NCBI GenBank assembly: GCA_017546085.1
Contig: JAFYXQ010000005.1
Span: 1-44,532, forward strand
Direction: 5' to 3'
DNA length: 44,532 nt
Source of the DNA: Alphaproteobacteria bacterium
GTDB taxonomy: Bacteria > Pseudomonadota > Alphaproteobacteria > Rs-D84
Positions 26,951 to 35,988 of this stretch are shown here, piece after piece. Every line of letters begins with the position of its first letter. Positions within the stretch are counted from its first letter, which is position 1. Under the pieces are notes generated by a model. That model did not search any database, was not told the DNA's origin, and worked only from the letters and a program-made list of their open reading frames with translations. The position numbers and the translations under genes were made by a program.

Positions 26951-28021
26951 ATGAATAAGCTGGAATTGTTATATGCTAAAATTGTTTTCAGATTGAATAC
27001 TGAAAAACGTATGTCGATTTGTAGAAAATTGGCGTCTTTGTTACGTAACGATTTTACATTAATTGATGCGCTGGAACGTCTGGAAATGATTGAATCTAAA
27101 AATGGTGCTAAGCCACGTGAACCATTTGCAATTGTTATGCGTCAATGGCAGAAAAATCTTGAACGTGGTATGACGTTTTCAGAAGCAACACGTGGTTGGG
27201 TTCCACCCGAAGAAACGTTGTTGGTTACGTCTGGGAATTTGTCGAATTTGGTGGTCGCGCTGGAAAATGTTGGACGTGTCGTTAGTGGTACGCAACGTAT
27301 TCGTCGCGCAATGACAACAGCGGTTGGGTACCCTATGTTTTTATTAGCATTGACATTTGGTATTATTTTGATGGTTGGTATTTATCTTGTTCCGCCATTG
27401 GCCGAGGTTGCAGGAAATAATATAATTTGGCGTGGCAGTGCACAATCTTTAATTTGGATTTCTGATTTTTCAATAAAATATTGGTATTATTTCCTTGTTG
27501 GATTTGCATCACTTGTTGCGATTATTTGGTTGAGTTTACCAAATTGGGCGGGGCGTATGCGTGTTTTGGCGGATAAATTACCACCATGGAATGTTTATAA
27601 AATTCAAGTATCTGTTGGTTGGTTAATGTCATTGGCTGCGATGGTTAGTGCAGGGGTTACAATCCCTGATGCGATGCGTATGCTTGCCGATAATGCAAAT
27701 AGATATTTACAAACAATTCTTGAAAAAACATTACGTTTTATTGCAAATGGTGAAAATCTTGGGGTTGCGTTATCGCATACAAAACGCGATTTTCCTGATT
27801 CTGAAATAATTGGTGATTTGACTATTTATGCTGATATGAATGGTTTTGATGAAAATCTGACTCAGGTTGCGAATGATTATTTGGATGAATCTGTTCGTAA
27901 AATGGAAAAGATTTCAAATACGTTAAACAGCCTTGGTATATTGTTAGTTTCTGCGATTATTGCGTGGGTTGTTTTGGGTACATTCCAGATGCAGGACCAG
28001 ATTACATCAGCCCTATCTTAA
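26951..28021 (+). CDS. GspF/PilC-family inner-membrane platform protein (R64 PilR-like)
   Basis: 356 aa with two repeated T2SSF-like halves and three hydrophobic segments. It starts 1 nt after the ATPase stop. Confidence 0.85.
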   Translation: MNKLELLYAKIVFRLNTEKRMSICRKLASLLRNDFTLIDALERLEMIESKNGAKPREPFAIVMRQWQKNLERGMTFSEATRGWVPPEETLLVTSGNLSNLVVALENVGRVVSGTQRIRRAMTTAVGYPMFLLALTFGIILMVGIYLVPPLAEVAGNNIIWRGSAQSLIWISDFSIKYWYYFLVGFASLVAIIWLSLPNWAGRMRVLADKLPPWNVYKIQVSVGWLMSLAAMVSAGVTIPDAMRMLADNANRYLQTILEKTLRFIANGENLGVALSHTKRDFPDSEIIGDLTIYADMNGFDENLTQVANDYLDESVRKMEKISNTLNSLGILLVSAIIAWVVLGTFQMQDQITSALS

Positions 28022-28050
28022 AAATTAAATATAATAACTTATCTAAACAT

Positions 28051-28185
28051 GTTGTGTGTGGCTTATGTAACTTCTGTACACTGCGCCATTCACAACATGT
28101 TTATCTAAATCATCATATTTAATTTTACACTAATCCTGACTAGTGGTGCGTATGGGTTGTGTGTGGCTTATGTAACTTATGTACA
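28051..28185. repeat. 30-bp direct repeat pair (GTTGTGTGTGGCTTATGTAACTT[C/A]TGTACA)
   Basis: Copies lie at 28051-28080 and 28156-28185 with 1 mismatch. The first copy sits in the loop of the inverted repeat AACATGTTGTG/CACAACATGTT (28046-28101). Confidence 0.7.
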
Positions 28186-28267
28186 TTATGATTTTATAAT
28201 GTGGATTATATGGTTTAGTTTGTTCTTGATTTTTATTTCCCAGTCCGTATAATGTGGTGGAATTTAT

Positions 28268-28341
28268 GCCCTAATAGTCTAGTGGTAAAACACGTCCTTG
28301 GTAAGGACGAGTCGCAAGTCCGATTCTTGCTTAGGGCACCA
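28268..28341 (+). tRNA. tRNA-Thr (anticodon GGT), CCA encoded, with atypical D-stem and T-loop
   Basis: Hand fold: acceptor GCCCTAA/TTAGGGC, anticodon stem CGTCC/GGACG with loop TTGGTAA, T stem GCAAG/CTTGC. The T-loop is TCCGATT rather than TTCRANY, the D-stem has one C:A mismatch, and the variable loop is 4 nt. Confidence 0.7.
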
Positions 28342-28491
28342 CAAATGCATCATCTATTTTGCGTTTGTTTATTTTTACTCGGGTCATGTATGTTTTATAC
28401 ACTTCCGTCGTAAAAATTACACAATACGCAATATCTAATACATTTGTGTCGCCCAACAGGCACCCAAATGCATCATCTTTTTCGCGTTTGT
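28335..28491 (+). repeat. direct duplication of the tRNA-Thr 3' end plus downstream about 28 nt (att-like)
   Basis: GGCACCACAAATGCATCATCTATTTTGCGTTTGT (28335-28368) compared with GGCACCCAAATGCATCATCTTTTTCGCGTTTGT (28459-28491) shows 1 indel and 2 mismatches. Confidence 0.65.
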
Positions 28492-28678
28492 GATATCTGT
28501 TATTTGTTATGTTGATATGACTGACAACCATGGAATAGCAATAGCAGGTCTTAGAAGTTATAAATCAGGGTGGCACCGCGCAGCCGTTAATGACTTGCGC
28601 CCCTGAAATTTAACAATTATATATGGGTGCCGGAATTCCATTTATTTCGTTGCCCAAAATACAAAAAAAGGGACCAAG

Positions 28679-30448
28679 ATGTTATCTTTGAAATCAAAGT
28701 TTAGAACACATACATGTGGACAATTAAACACAACAAATGTTGGTGAATCTGTTATTTTATCAGGATGGGTTCATCGTAAACGCGACCATGGCGCATTGTT
28801 ATTTATCGATTTGCGTGATAATTATGGTATTACACAGGTTGTTTTTGATGGTGGTAATACAGAACTTGAAAAGGTTCGTCCAGAATCTGTGATTAAAATT
28901 ATGGGCAAGGTTGTTGCACGTGATGCAGCGGCGGTTAATGATAAAATCCCAACTGGGGGTATTGAAATTCAGGCAGAATCTTTTGAGGTTTTGACAAATT
29001 GTGATGTTTTGCCTTTTCAGGTTTTTGGTGATGATGATACTGTATCTGAAGATTTACGTTTAAAATATCGTTATATTGATTTGCGTCGTGAATCATTACA
29101 TAACAATATTTTAACACGTAACCGTATTATCAAATTTATGCGTGATAAAATGTGGGATATGGGGTTTTCAGAATTCCAAACACCAATTTTAACAGCGTCA
29201 AGTCCAGAAGGTGCACGCGATTTTATTGTACCAAGTCGTTATCATCATGGTATGTTCTATGCATTGCCACAGGCACCACAGCAGTTTAAACAATTGTTGC
29301 AGGTTGCAGGGTTTGATAGATATTTCCAAATTGCACCTTGTTTTCGTGATGAAGATTTACGTGCAGATAGATTATTAGAATTCTATCAGTTGGATATGGA
29401 AATGTCGTTCGTTGATCTGCCGGATATTCAAGCGGTGGGAAATGAATTGATGCCTGCGATGATACGTGAGTTTGTGCCTGATGCAATTATAGCAGAAGAA
29501 ATACCGCATATTCCATTTGATGAAGCGATGTTGAAATATGGTTCTGATAAACCTGATTTGCGTAATCCTATTATTATTCATGATGTAACGGATATTTTCC
29601 GTGGTTCTGATTTTGGTATTTTTGCAAATGCGGTTGAAAATGGTAGTGTGGTTCGTGCAATACCTGCGCCAAATTCTGCTGATAAACCACGTTCTTGGTT
29701 CGATAAATTGGGTGATTATGCGGTCAAAGAATTAGGACTGGGTGGATTGGCATGTATCGTGTTTGGTGATGAAGCCAAGGGACCTGTTGCGAAAAAATTA
29801 GATGCAGAACGTATTGCAAAATTACGTGAAATTGCTGGGGATAATTCATCATTGTTCTTTGTTTGTGATGCACCAAATTCTGCAGCCAAGGCAGCAGGTA
29901 AATTACGTAATAAGTTGGGTGATGATTTGGGGTTAATTAATCCAAAAGAATTTAGATTGTGTTGGATTGAATCTTTCCCATTCTTTGAAGAGGATGAAGA
30001 ATCACCAACAGGGGTTGCATTTACACATAATCCTTTCTCGTTCCCGATGGCAACACTTGAAGAATTAAGCACAAAAAATCCATTGGATATCAAAGCGGCG
30101 CAGTTTGATATGGTGTTATATGGTGCTGAAATTTGTAGTGGTGGTTTACGTAACTATAATCAGGATATTATGATTAAATGTTTCGAAATTACAGGATATA
30201 GCGAAGATATAGTAAAGGAAAAATTTGGTGGTCTGTACACCGCGTTTAAATATGGTGCGCCACCGCACGGTGGTTGTGCATTCGGTATTGACCGTTTGGT
30301 TCAAATTATGTCTGGCGAAGAAAATCTGCGCGGGGTTGTTGCATTCCCAACAAATCAACGTGGTCAGGATTTGATGCTGGGGGCACCAACCAATGTTACA
30401 GAACAACAATTACGTGATGTACATATTCAAGTGCGTAAGAAAAACTAA
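28679..30448 (+). CDS. aspS: aspartate--tRNA ligase
   Basis: 589 aa with an N-terminal OB fold (GWVHRKRDHGALLFIDLRD), class II motifs (FYALPQAPQQFKQLL, FRDEDLRADR, GGCAFGIDRL) and the bacterial insertion domain. Confidence 0.95.
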   Translation: MLSLKSKFRTHTCGQLNTTNVGESVILSGWVHRKRDHGALLFIDLRDNYGITQVVFDGGNTELEKVRPESVIKIMGKVVARDAAAVNDKIPTGGIEIQAESFEVLTNCDVLPFQVFGDDDTVSEDLRLKYRYIDLRRESLHNNILTRNRIIKFMRDKMWDMGFSEFQTPILTASSPEGARDFIVPSRYHHGMFYALPQAPQQFKQLLQVAGFDRYFQIAPCFRDEDLRADRLLEFYQLDMEMSFVDLPDIQAVGNELMPAMIREFVPDAIIAEEIPHIPFDEAMLKYGSDKPDLRNPIIIHDVTDIFRGSDFGIFANAVENGSVVRAIPAPNSADKPRSWFDKLGDYAVKELGLGGLACIVFGDEAKGPVAKKLDAERIAKLREIAGDNSSLFFVCDAPNSAAKAAGKLRNKLGDDLGLINPKEFRLCWIESFPFFEEDEESPTGVAFTHNPFSFPMATLEELSTKNPLDIKAAQFDMVLYGAEICSGGLRNYNQDIMIKCFEITGYSEDIVKEKFGGLYTAFKYGAPPHGGCAFGIDRLVQIMSGEENLRGVVAFPTNQRGQDLMLGAPTNVTEQQLRDVHIQVRKKN

Positions 30449-30460
30449 GACCGATTAACT

Positions 30461-30487
30461 CCGCCCATTTGGGCGGTGTTTTTTTTG
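30461..30487 (+). terminator. intrinsic terminator after aspS
   Basis: CCGCCC-ATTT-GGGCGG followed by TGTTTTTTTT. Confidence 0.7.
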
Positions 30488-30553
30488 TGAATTCATACCT
30501 GTTGGTAAATTTTAGTTCCTATGTATAATTTTAATAAAAAAAGAGAGAAAATC

Positions 30554-30898
30554 ATGTATAGGAATTTAGATGTATTGGCACATAATTTAAATTTAACAAA
30601 TTATCAATTTTCTAAACTAAAAACGCATTATGACCGATATGATATAGGTGGATTACAAAAGCGTGGTGGGATTTTATACGCACCGTATTCTTCACGTGGA
30701 TTGTGGCAGCGTTTTAAATGTTTTTTATTTGGTGTGCCTGCTGACTTAATCGGTACAGACAAGACATTATTGCAGGCGCAACGTAAAATTAGATTTTATG
30801 CAAATGGTTATCATTGTGTACGTGTTGGACGGTATGTTTATTATGCTGATGCATGTGGCAATGTTATTTCACGTGATGAATTTCAAAAGAATAGATAA
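30554..30898 (+). CDS. hypothetical protein (114 aa)
   Basis: The ATG at 30554 is preceded by AGAGAGAAA. No family recognised. It converges on the AsmA-like gene with a 3-nt gap. Confidence 0.4.
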   Translation: MYRNLDVLAHNLNLTNYQFSKLKTHYDRYDIGGLQKRGGILYAPYSSRGLWQRFKCFLFGVPADLIGTDKTLLQAQRKIRFYANGYHCVRVGRYVYYADACGNVISRDEFQKNR

Positions 30899-30901
30899 TT
30901 T

Positions 30902-33376
30902 TTAAAATTTATTATGTGTTTTTACAAACGCACGCATAAATCCTGTGTCAAGATTTCGCATTATTTCTGATAATGAATAATTGCGACCACCATCAGGTAA
31001 GATGCTGAATTCAATTGTTGTTGGAACAGGACCTGTGCCACGTAGTGTTAAATCAAATTCTGCTGTCATTTGACCGTTTGTTATGGCAAGTCCACCAATA
31101 GCACTGCTGTGCAGCATTGATAATTCGATTGGTTCGGTGGTTATAAAATTATCCTGTGTATATGTGCCGATTAATCGCATTTGCTTTAATCTAGTTTCGC
31201 CGCCACCCAATGCGTTTGATAATGCGTATTCTGCGTTAAGGCTGGTTATATTTTCTGCTGATGCATAAAAGTTATCCATTGATAAACCGATAATATACCC
31301 GTCTGAAAATGTTACATCGATATCGCCGGCCATATTATAATATATATCATGTGCGATTTTTCCATTTGTGGTTAGTTTTAATTCACCTGTAATGAATGTG
31401 TCGCGGATATTTAATGGCATTTGTTTTGATAATAAATCGCCATTTATTTTGAACTGATTTAATTGGACGGATATGTCGTATTTGTTTTTGTTGCGTTCGA
31501 TTGTGGTAAGTATGTTGCCACGTGTGCTGTCGCTGATGGATAAGATTTGTATATTTTGTTTTAGTGAATAAACGAAGTTTTTGTATTCTGCGTTATCGTA
31601 AACTAACCCATTTGCAGACAATGATATATTTACTGGGATTTCAAACATTGTCATTAATGGGGCATTTGTTAAAAATTCTTGTTCAGAATAATTATCAAGA
31701 AATGATTTGCTGATAATTTTATTTAGAAATAATTTTTCAGTATGCAGTGTTATGTTATTCCCAGATACAGAACCTGAAAATTCATTTCCAAGTACCTTTA
31801 TATTAAGATTTGATATTTTATCATTGTCATAAAATCCAGATACGATGTATTTTGAATCGTTTATTGCACGCAGGTCAATGTTTGGTAATATTTTTTTTAA
31901 GTTGTTTCCTGATAAGACAAAATAGTTATCAGACATTGATAATTGCCATTGTTTGTTGTGCGGGATAAATGCCATCATGCCATCTGACCATGAAAAGTTA
32001 CCCGCATCAGTTAACATAAATTTTGGTAAAAATTGTGGTGTTATTTTTAACCATTCAAGGGTTTTGTTATCTGCAAAATTATAAAAAATACTTGTCCCTG
32101 ATTTTGTGTTCTTGTATATGCCGCCAAGGTCTGAGAATTTGAATTTTACAGTTCCGTATTTCCCAAGTTTAGAAAGCAGGTTTTCTGCGTTTTTTATGTC
32201 GGGCATTTTTTTATCAGATTCAACAATTACATTATATGTATCATTTGATACTGATATTGAACCCCATAGATTACCATAGGTAAATTTATCACATTGCCAA
32301 TCTGTTGGTGTTCCTGAAAATAGACACATTGCGTTTGTTTTATTAATAGGTAGTGTAATCATTATATTATGTGCGCCTTCTGGGGTTATTGTGCCACCTG
32401 TGATAGCGATATCGTCAGCAATAATTGTGCCAATTTGTAATGCATTTTTTGTGCCTGTTGCAGCAACGCGTATATGATTAAACGTGTGGTTATAAAATTT
32501 TAACCTTCCATATAAATCGAGATTGAAATTAGTTTTCTTGATTAATCGATTTGGATTTCCCAAAAATGAAAAGTCAAAATCAATGTCGTTTGACACCAGT
32601 TGAATATCTTTGTCCCCGTTAGGAAAGATTTCAATGTTACCTGAAAAATGTTCTGATTCTATGTTTGTAAATTTATAACCGTCGCCACCGTTCCATTCAA
32701 ATTTCATGGTTAAACTGATTGTTTGTGGTATTTTGGGTTCAGAAAACCCAAACCATTCATTTATGTTATTTGTTGTTAATTCTATGTAACCGCGCAAGCT
32801 GCCGTCAGAATACATTTGACCAGTTATTTCTAGGGCTTTGTTTTTGTTTTTTATATTGAAAGTATCACCAATAAATTCAACATCATATTTATGATCCTTG
32901 GAACGAATGGTGCCATGAAATTGACCGTTTGTGAAATCTGCACGTATTATGTGGAATTTTCGACCCATAAAAGTAATATTACTGTCGTAAATTTCAATGT
33001 TGTGGTTAAACGATGCAGGTAACAATTTATCAACTGTTATATCTGCATCATAGATTATAACAGCATCATTTAGTTTTGCATTTTTTAAATCAAGTAAGCT
33101 GCTAAATGGAATTGAAAACATTATAGAACCAATGTTTGCATTTTGAATAGATACATCGTGTGCAACAATTGTCGCACCACCAATTAAGCTAAAATGAATG
33201 TTGCCGTTTAATTTTGTTGGAATGTTTGTTTGTTCGTAGATTGATTTTTCCACCATTGGTTTTATTTTGTTCAACGTGAACATCGGTGGAATCATTATGA
33301 CACCCAGCCCAATTGCGCAGATTGCGCAGATAATAGACCAAAAAATCCTACGTTTATGTCTGGGTTTTAATGCCAT
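30902..33376 (-). CDS. AsmA-family outer-membrane biogenesis protein
   Basis: 824 aa from MALKPRHKRRIFWSIICAICAIGLGVIM (N-terminal anchor), a long beta-rich body and an AsmA_2-like C-terminus. The longer ORF-track start (33535) would overlap uvrB and was rejected. Confidence 0.6.
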   Translation of the reverse strand: MALKPRHKRRIFWSIICAICAIGLGVIMIPPMFTLNKIKPMVEKSIYEQTNIPTKLNGNIHFSLIGGATIVAHDVSIQNANIGSIMFSIPFSSLLDLKNAKLNDAVIIYDADITVDKLLPASFNHNIEIYDSNITFMGRKFHIIRADFTNGQFHGTIRSKDHKYDVEFIGDTFNIKNKNKALEITGQMYSDGSLRGYIELTTNNINEWFGFSEPKIPQTISLTMKFEWNGGDGYKFTNIESEHFSGNIEIFPNGDKDIQLVSNDIDFDFSFLGNPNRLIKKTNFNLDLYGRLKFYNHTFNHIRVAATGTKNALQIGTIIADDIAITGGTITPEGAHNIMITLPINKTNAMCLFSGTPTDWQCDKFTYGNLWGSISVSNDTYNVIVESDKKMPDIKNAENLLSKLGKYGTVKFKFSDLGGIYKNTKSGTSIFYNFADNKTLEWLKITPQFLPKFMLTDAGNFSWSDGMMAFIPHNKQWQLSMSDNYFVLSGNNLKKILPNIDLRAINDSKYIVSGFYDNDKISNLNIKVLGNEFSGSVSGNNITLHTEKLFLNKIISKSFLDNYSEQEFLTNAPLMTMFEIPVNISLSANGLVYDNAEYKNFVYSLKQNIQILSISDSTRGNILTTIERNKNKYDISVQLNQFKINGDLLSKQMPLNIRDTFITGELKLTTNGKIAHDIYYNMAGDIDVTFSDGYIIGLSMDNFYASAENITSLNAEYALSNALGGGETRLKQMRLIGTYTQDNFITTEPIELSMLHSSAIGGLAITNGQMTAEFDLTLRGTGPVPTTIEFSILPDGGRNYSLSEIMRNLDTGFMRAFVKTHNKF

Positions 33377-33433
33377 TCTCTCTTTCCTTGTAATTTTATT
33401 ATAATGGATTATATTTAGTTTGCGAAGAAAAAA

Positions 33434-35425
33434 ATGAATAAGGCACAATTTTATCTTGAAAGCGATTATAAACCAATGGGCGATCAACCGACCGCCATTG
33501 CTGAATTGGTTCAAGGTATTAAAGATGGTCGTCAATCACAGGTTTTATTGGGGGTTACAGGGTCTGGTAAAACATTTACAATGGCGAACGTTATTGCTGA
33601 ACTGGGGCGACCTGCATTGATAATGGCACCGAATAAAATACTGGCGGCACAATTATATACGGAAATGAAGTCCTTCTTTCCATGTAACCATGTTGAATAT
33701 TTTGTTTCTTATTATGATTATTATCAGCCAGAGGCATATATGCCAACAACCGATACGTATATCGATAAAGACGCGTCGATAAATGAACAACTTGATCGGA
33801 TGCGACATAGTGCGACGCGCGCAATGCTCGAAGAACGTGATGTCGTTGTTGTGTCGTCGGTATCGTCGATTTATGGTATGGGGGCCCCAGAACAATATTC
33901 GAGAATGAAATTGGTTTTAAATTCGGGTGATTTTATTTCTATGCGTGATGTAATACGTGCATTGGTTGATATTCAGTATAAACGAAATGATACAGCATTT
34001 GCACGTGGTGAATTTCGTGTGCGTGGTGATATTCTTGATTTGTTTCCTTCTCATTCAATGGATAGGGGGTGGAAGATTTCTTTCTGGGGGGATGAAATTG
34101 AAGAAATTTGGGAATTTGATGTTTTAACAGGTGCTAAATTAAAAAAACTTAATCGAATTGCTATTTACCCTAATACGCATTATGCAACACCAATGCCAAC
34201 AGTTATGCAGGCGATTTCTGAAATTCGGTCTGATTTAAAAGAAAGAATAGAATATTTTCATGAAAATATGAAATATATCGAAGAACAAAGATTGCGCGAA
34301 CGTGTTAATTTTGATATCGAAATGATGGAAAGCACAGGAACATGTCGGGGGGTGGAAAATTATTCACGATATTTATCAGGGCGTGCGCCAGGGCAACCAC
34401 CACCAACATTGTTTGAGTATCTGCCAAAAGACGCTATTTTATTTATTGACGAAAGTCATGTTACAGTCCCACAAATTGGGGCAATGTCCCGTGGGGATAG
34501 GGCACGTAAGGAAACCTTGTCCCAATATGGATTTAGATTACCATCATGTGTTGATAACAGACCATTGACATTTGATGAATGGGATGAATTGCGGCCGCAG
34601 ACAATATTTGTTTCTGCGACGCCTGCTGAATGGGAATTAAATCAGGCAAATGGTATTGTGTCTGAACAGGTTATTAGACCGACTGGATTATTAGATCCAA
34701 TATGTGAAATTAGACCAACAGAACATCAGGTTGATGACTTGTTGAATGCAATAAAAAATGTTTCAGGACGTACGTTGGTTACAACACTTACCAAAAAAAT
34801 GGCGGAACAGTTAACTGATTATCTGAATGAAAATGGAATAAAAGCCAAATATCTGCATAGTGATATAGAAACACTTGAACGTATTGAATTGTTACGTGAT
34901 TTAAGATTGGGTAAGTTTGATGTTTTGGTTGGTATAAATTTATTGCGCGAAGGTTTGGATGTGCCTGAATGTGAAATGGTCGCGATTATGGATGCTGATA
35001 AAGAAGGTTTTTTGCGTTCAACGCGGTCGTTGATTCAAACGATTGGACGTGCCGCGCGTAATGCAAATGGACGTGTGATTTTATATGCAGATAAGATTAC
35101 TGATTCTATGCGGGCAGCACTGGATGAAACACAGCGGCGTCGTGAAAAACAGATTGCGTATAATACTGTGAATGGAATTGTTCCGAAAACGGTATCCAAG
35201 GCTGTGTTTGCTCAGGTTGGAGATATGCAGGAAAAGACTGATTATATGCGTCGTTTTGTATATGATAAATCTGGTGGTGTTATGGATGCAGAATCATTGC
35301 GGCGTGAAATAAAAAAGGTATCACAACAAATGCGTGCAGCCGCTGAAGATTTGGAATTTGAACGCGCTGCACAGTTACGTGATTTATTACATAAACTCGA
35401 AGATGATTTATTATTAGTGGGGTAA
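33434..35425 (+). CDS. uvrB: excinuclease ABC subunit B
   Basis: GVTGSGKTFTMA Walker A, DESHVT, helicase motifs and a C-terminal UVR domain (EDLEFERAAQLRD). Confidence 0.97.
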   Translation: MNKAQFYLESDYKPMGDQPTAIAELVQGIKDGRQSQVLLGVTGSGKTFTMANVIAELGRPALIMAPNKILAAQLYTEMKSFFPCNHVEYFVSYYDYYQPEAYMPTTDTYIDKDASINEQLDRMRHSATRAMLEERDVVVVSSVSSIYGMGAPEQYSRMKLVLNSGDFISMRDVIRALVDIQYKRNDTAFARGEFRVRGDILDLFPSHSMDRGWKISFWGDEIEEIWEFDVLTGAKLKKLNRIAIYPNTHYATPMPTVMQAISEIRSDLKERIEYFHENMKYIEEQRLRERVNFDIEMMESTGTCRGVENYSRYLSGRAPGQPPPTLFEYLPKDAILFIDESHVTVPQIGAMSRGDRARKETLSQYGFRLPSCVDNRPLTFDEWDELRPQTIFVSATPAEWELNQANGIVSEQVIRPTGLLDPICEIRPTEHQVDDLLNAIKNVSGRTLVTTLTKKMAEQLTDYLNENGIKAKYLHSDIETLERIELLRDLRLGKFDVLVGINLLREGLDVPECEMVAIMDADKEGFLRSTRSLIQTIGRAARNANGRVILYADKITDSMRAALDETQRRREKQIAYNTVNGIVPKTVSKAVFAQVGDMQEKTDYMRRFVYDKSGGVMDAESLRREIKKVSQQMRAAAEDLEFERAAQLRDLLHKLEDDLLLVG

Positions 35426-35428
35426 AAA

Positions 35429-35827
35429 ATGAAAGAATTTATTTTAAATGATGTTAATGAAATGCGTACATGGGCAGCTGAATTTGCGTCTGGATTAACC
35501 GCCCCGATGGTGGTTGCGTTGCACGGTGATTTGGGTATGGGAAAATCTGAAATTGCACGGACGGTTATTCAAACATTACGTGGGGCTGAAACTGTTGTGC
35601 CAAGTCCAACGTTTACAATTGTTCAATCGTATGATGGAATTTCTCATTTTGATTTATATCGTGTTGAAGATTCTTCTGAATTAGCGGAAATTGGATTAGA
35701 ACATGCAATGCAAAATGATATTACATTAATTGAATGGCCCGAGATTGCGCAGCAAGTATTACCAAGCAATACAATTCATATTTATATAACACAAAATGGG
35801 GAAGGGCGAAAATTAGTAATAAAATAA
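35429..35827 (+). CDS. tsaE: tRNA t6A37 biosynthesis ATPase TsaE
   Basis: 132 aa with the GDLGMGKSEIAR P-loop, SPTFTIVQSY, HFDLYRV and LIEWPE motifs. Confidence 0.8.
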   Translation: MKEFILNDVNEMRTWAAEFASGLTAPMVVALHGDLGMGKSEIARTVIQTLRGAETVVPSPTFTIVQSYDGISHFDLYRVEDSSELAEIGLEHAMQNDITLIEWPEIAQQVLPSNTIHIYITQNGEGRKLVIK

Positions 35828-35950
35828 TTTGGGAATAGATACTGATAGATTCTTGATAATATTTGTTATACAGTATTTCGTGATGCAGGCAGCGCATTGA
35901 AAAAGGCTTTCTAAAGTCCCGACCCCACATCCCTATGGTGCCTTGTTTGC

Positions 35951-35988
35951 AAAAAAACGCCGGATATATTCCGGTGTTTTTTTTATTT
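35951..35988. terminator. bidirectional terminator between tsaE and ftsA-rpe
   Basis: AAAAAAACGCCGGA-TATAT-TCCGGTGTTTTTTTT. It overlaps the stop codon of the minus-strand gene. Confidence 0.6.

Noticed and set aside
28331-28531. 66-aa minus-strand ORF
   Set aside because: It overlaps the 3' end of tRNA-Thr and both copies of the att-like repeat. It has no ribosome-binding site and its composition is typical of random AT-rich ORFs.
33377-33535. N-terminal 53-codon extension of the AsmA-like ORF
   Set aside because: It would overlap the uvrB start by about 100 nt. The internal ATG at 33376 has an SD (GGAAAGAGAG) and is followed at once by a typical basic-hydrophobic anchor.
35828-35950. Possible small RNA in the tsaE-ftsA intergenic region (relatively GC-rich stretch)
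   Set aside because: I could find no convincing fold. It also does not resemble SRP RNA, tmRNA, RNase P RNA or 6S RNA signatures that I can recall.
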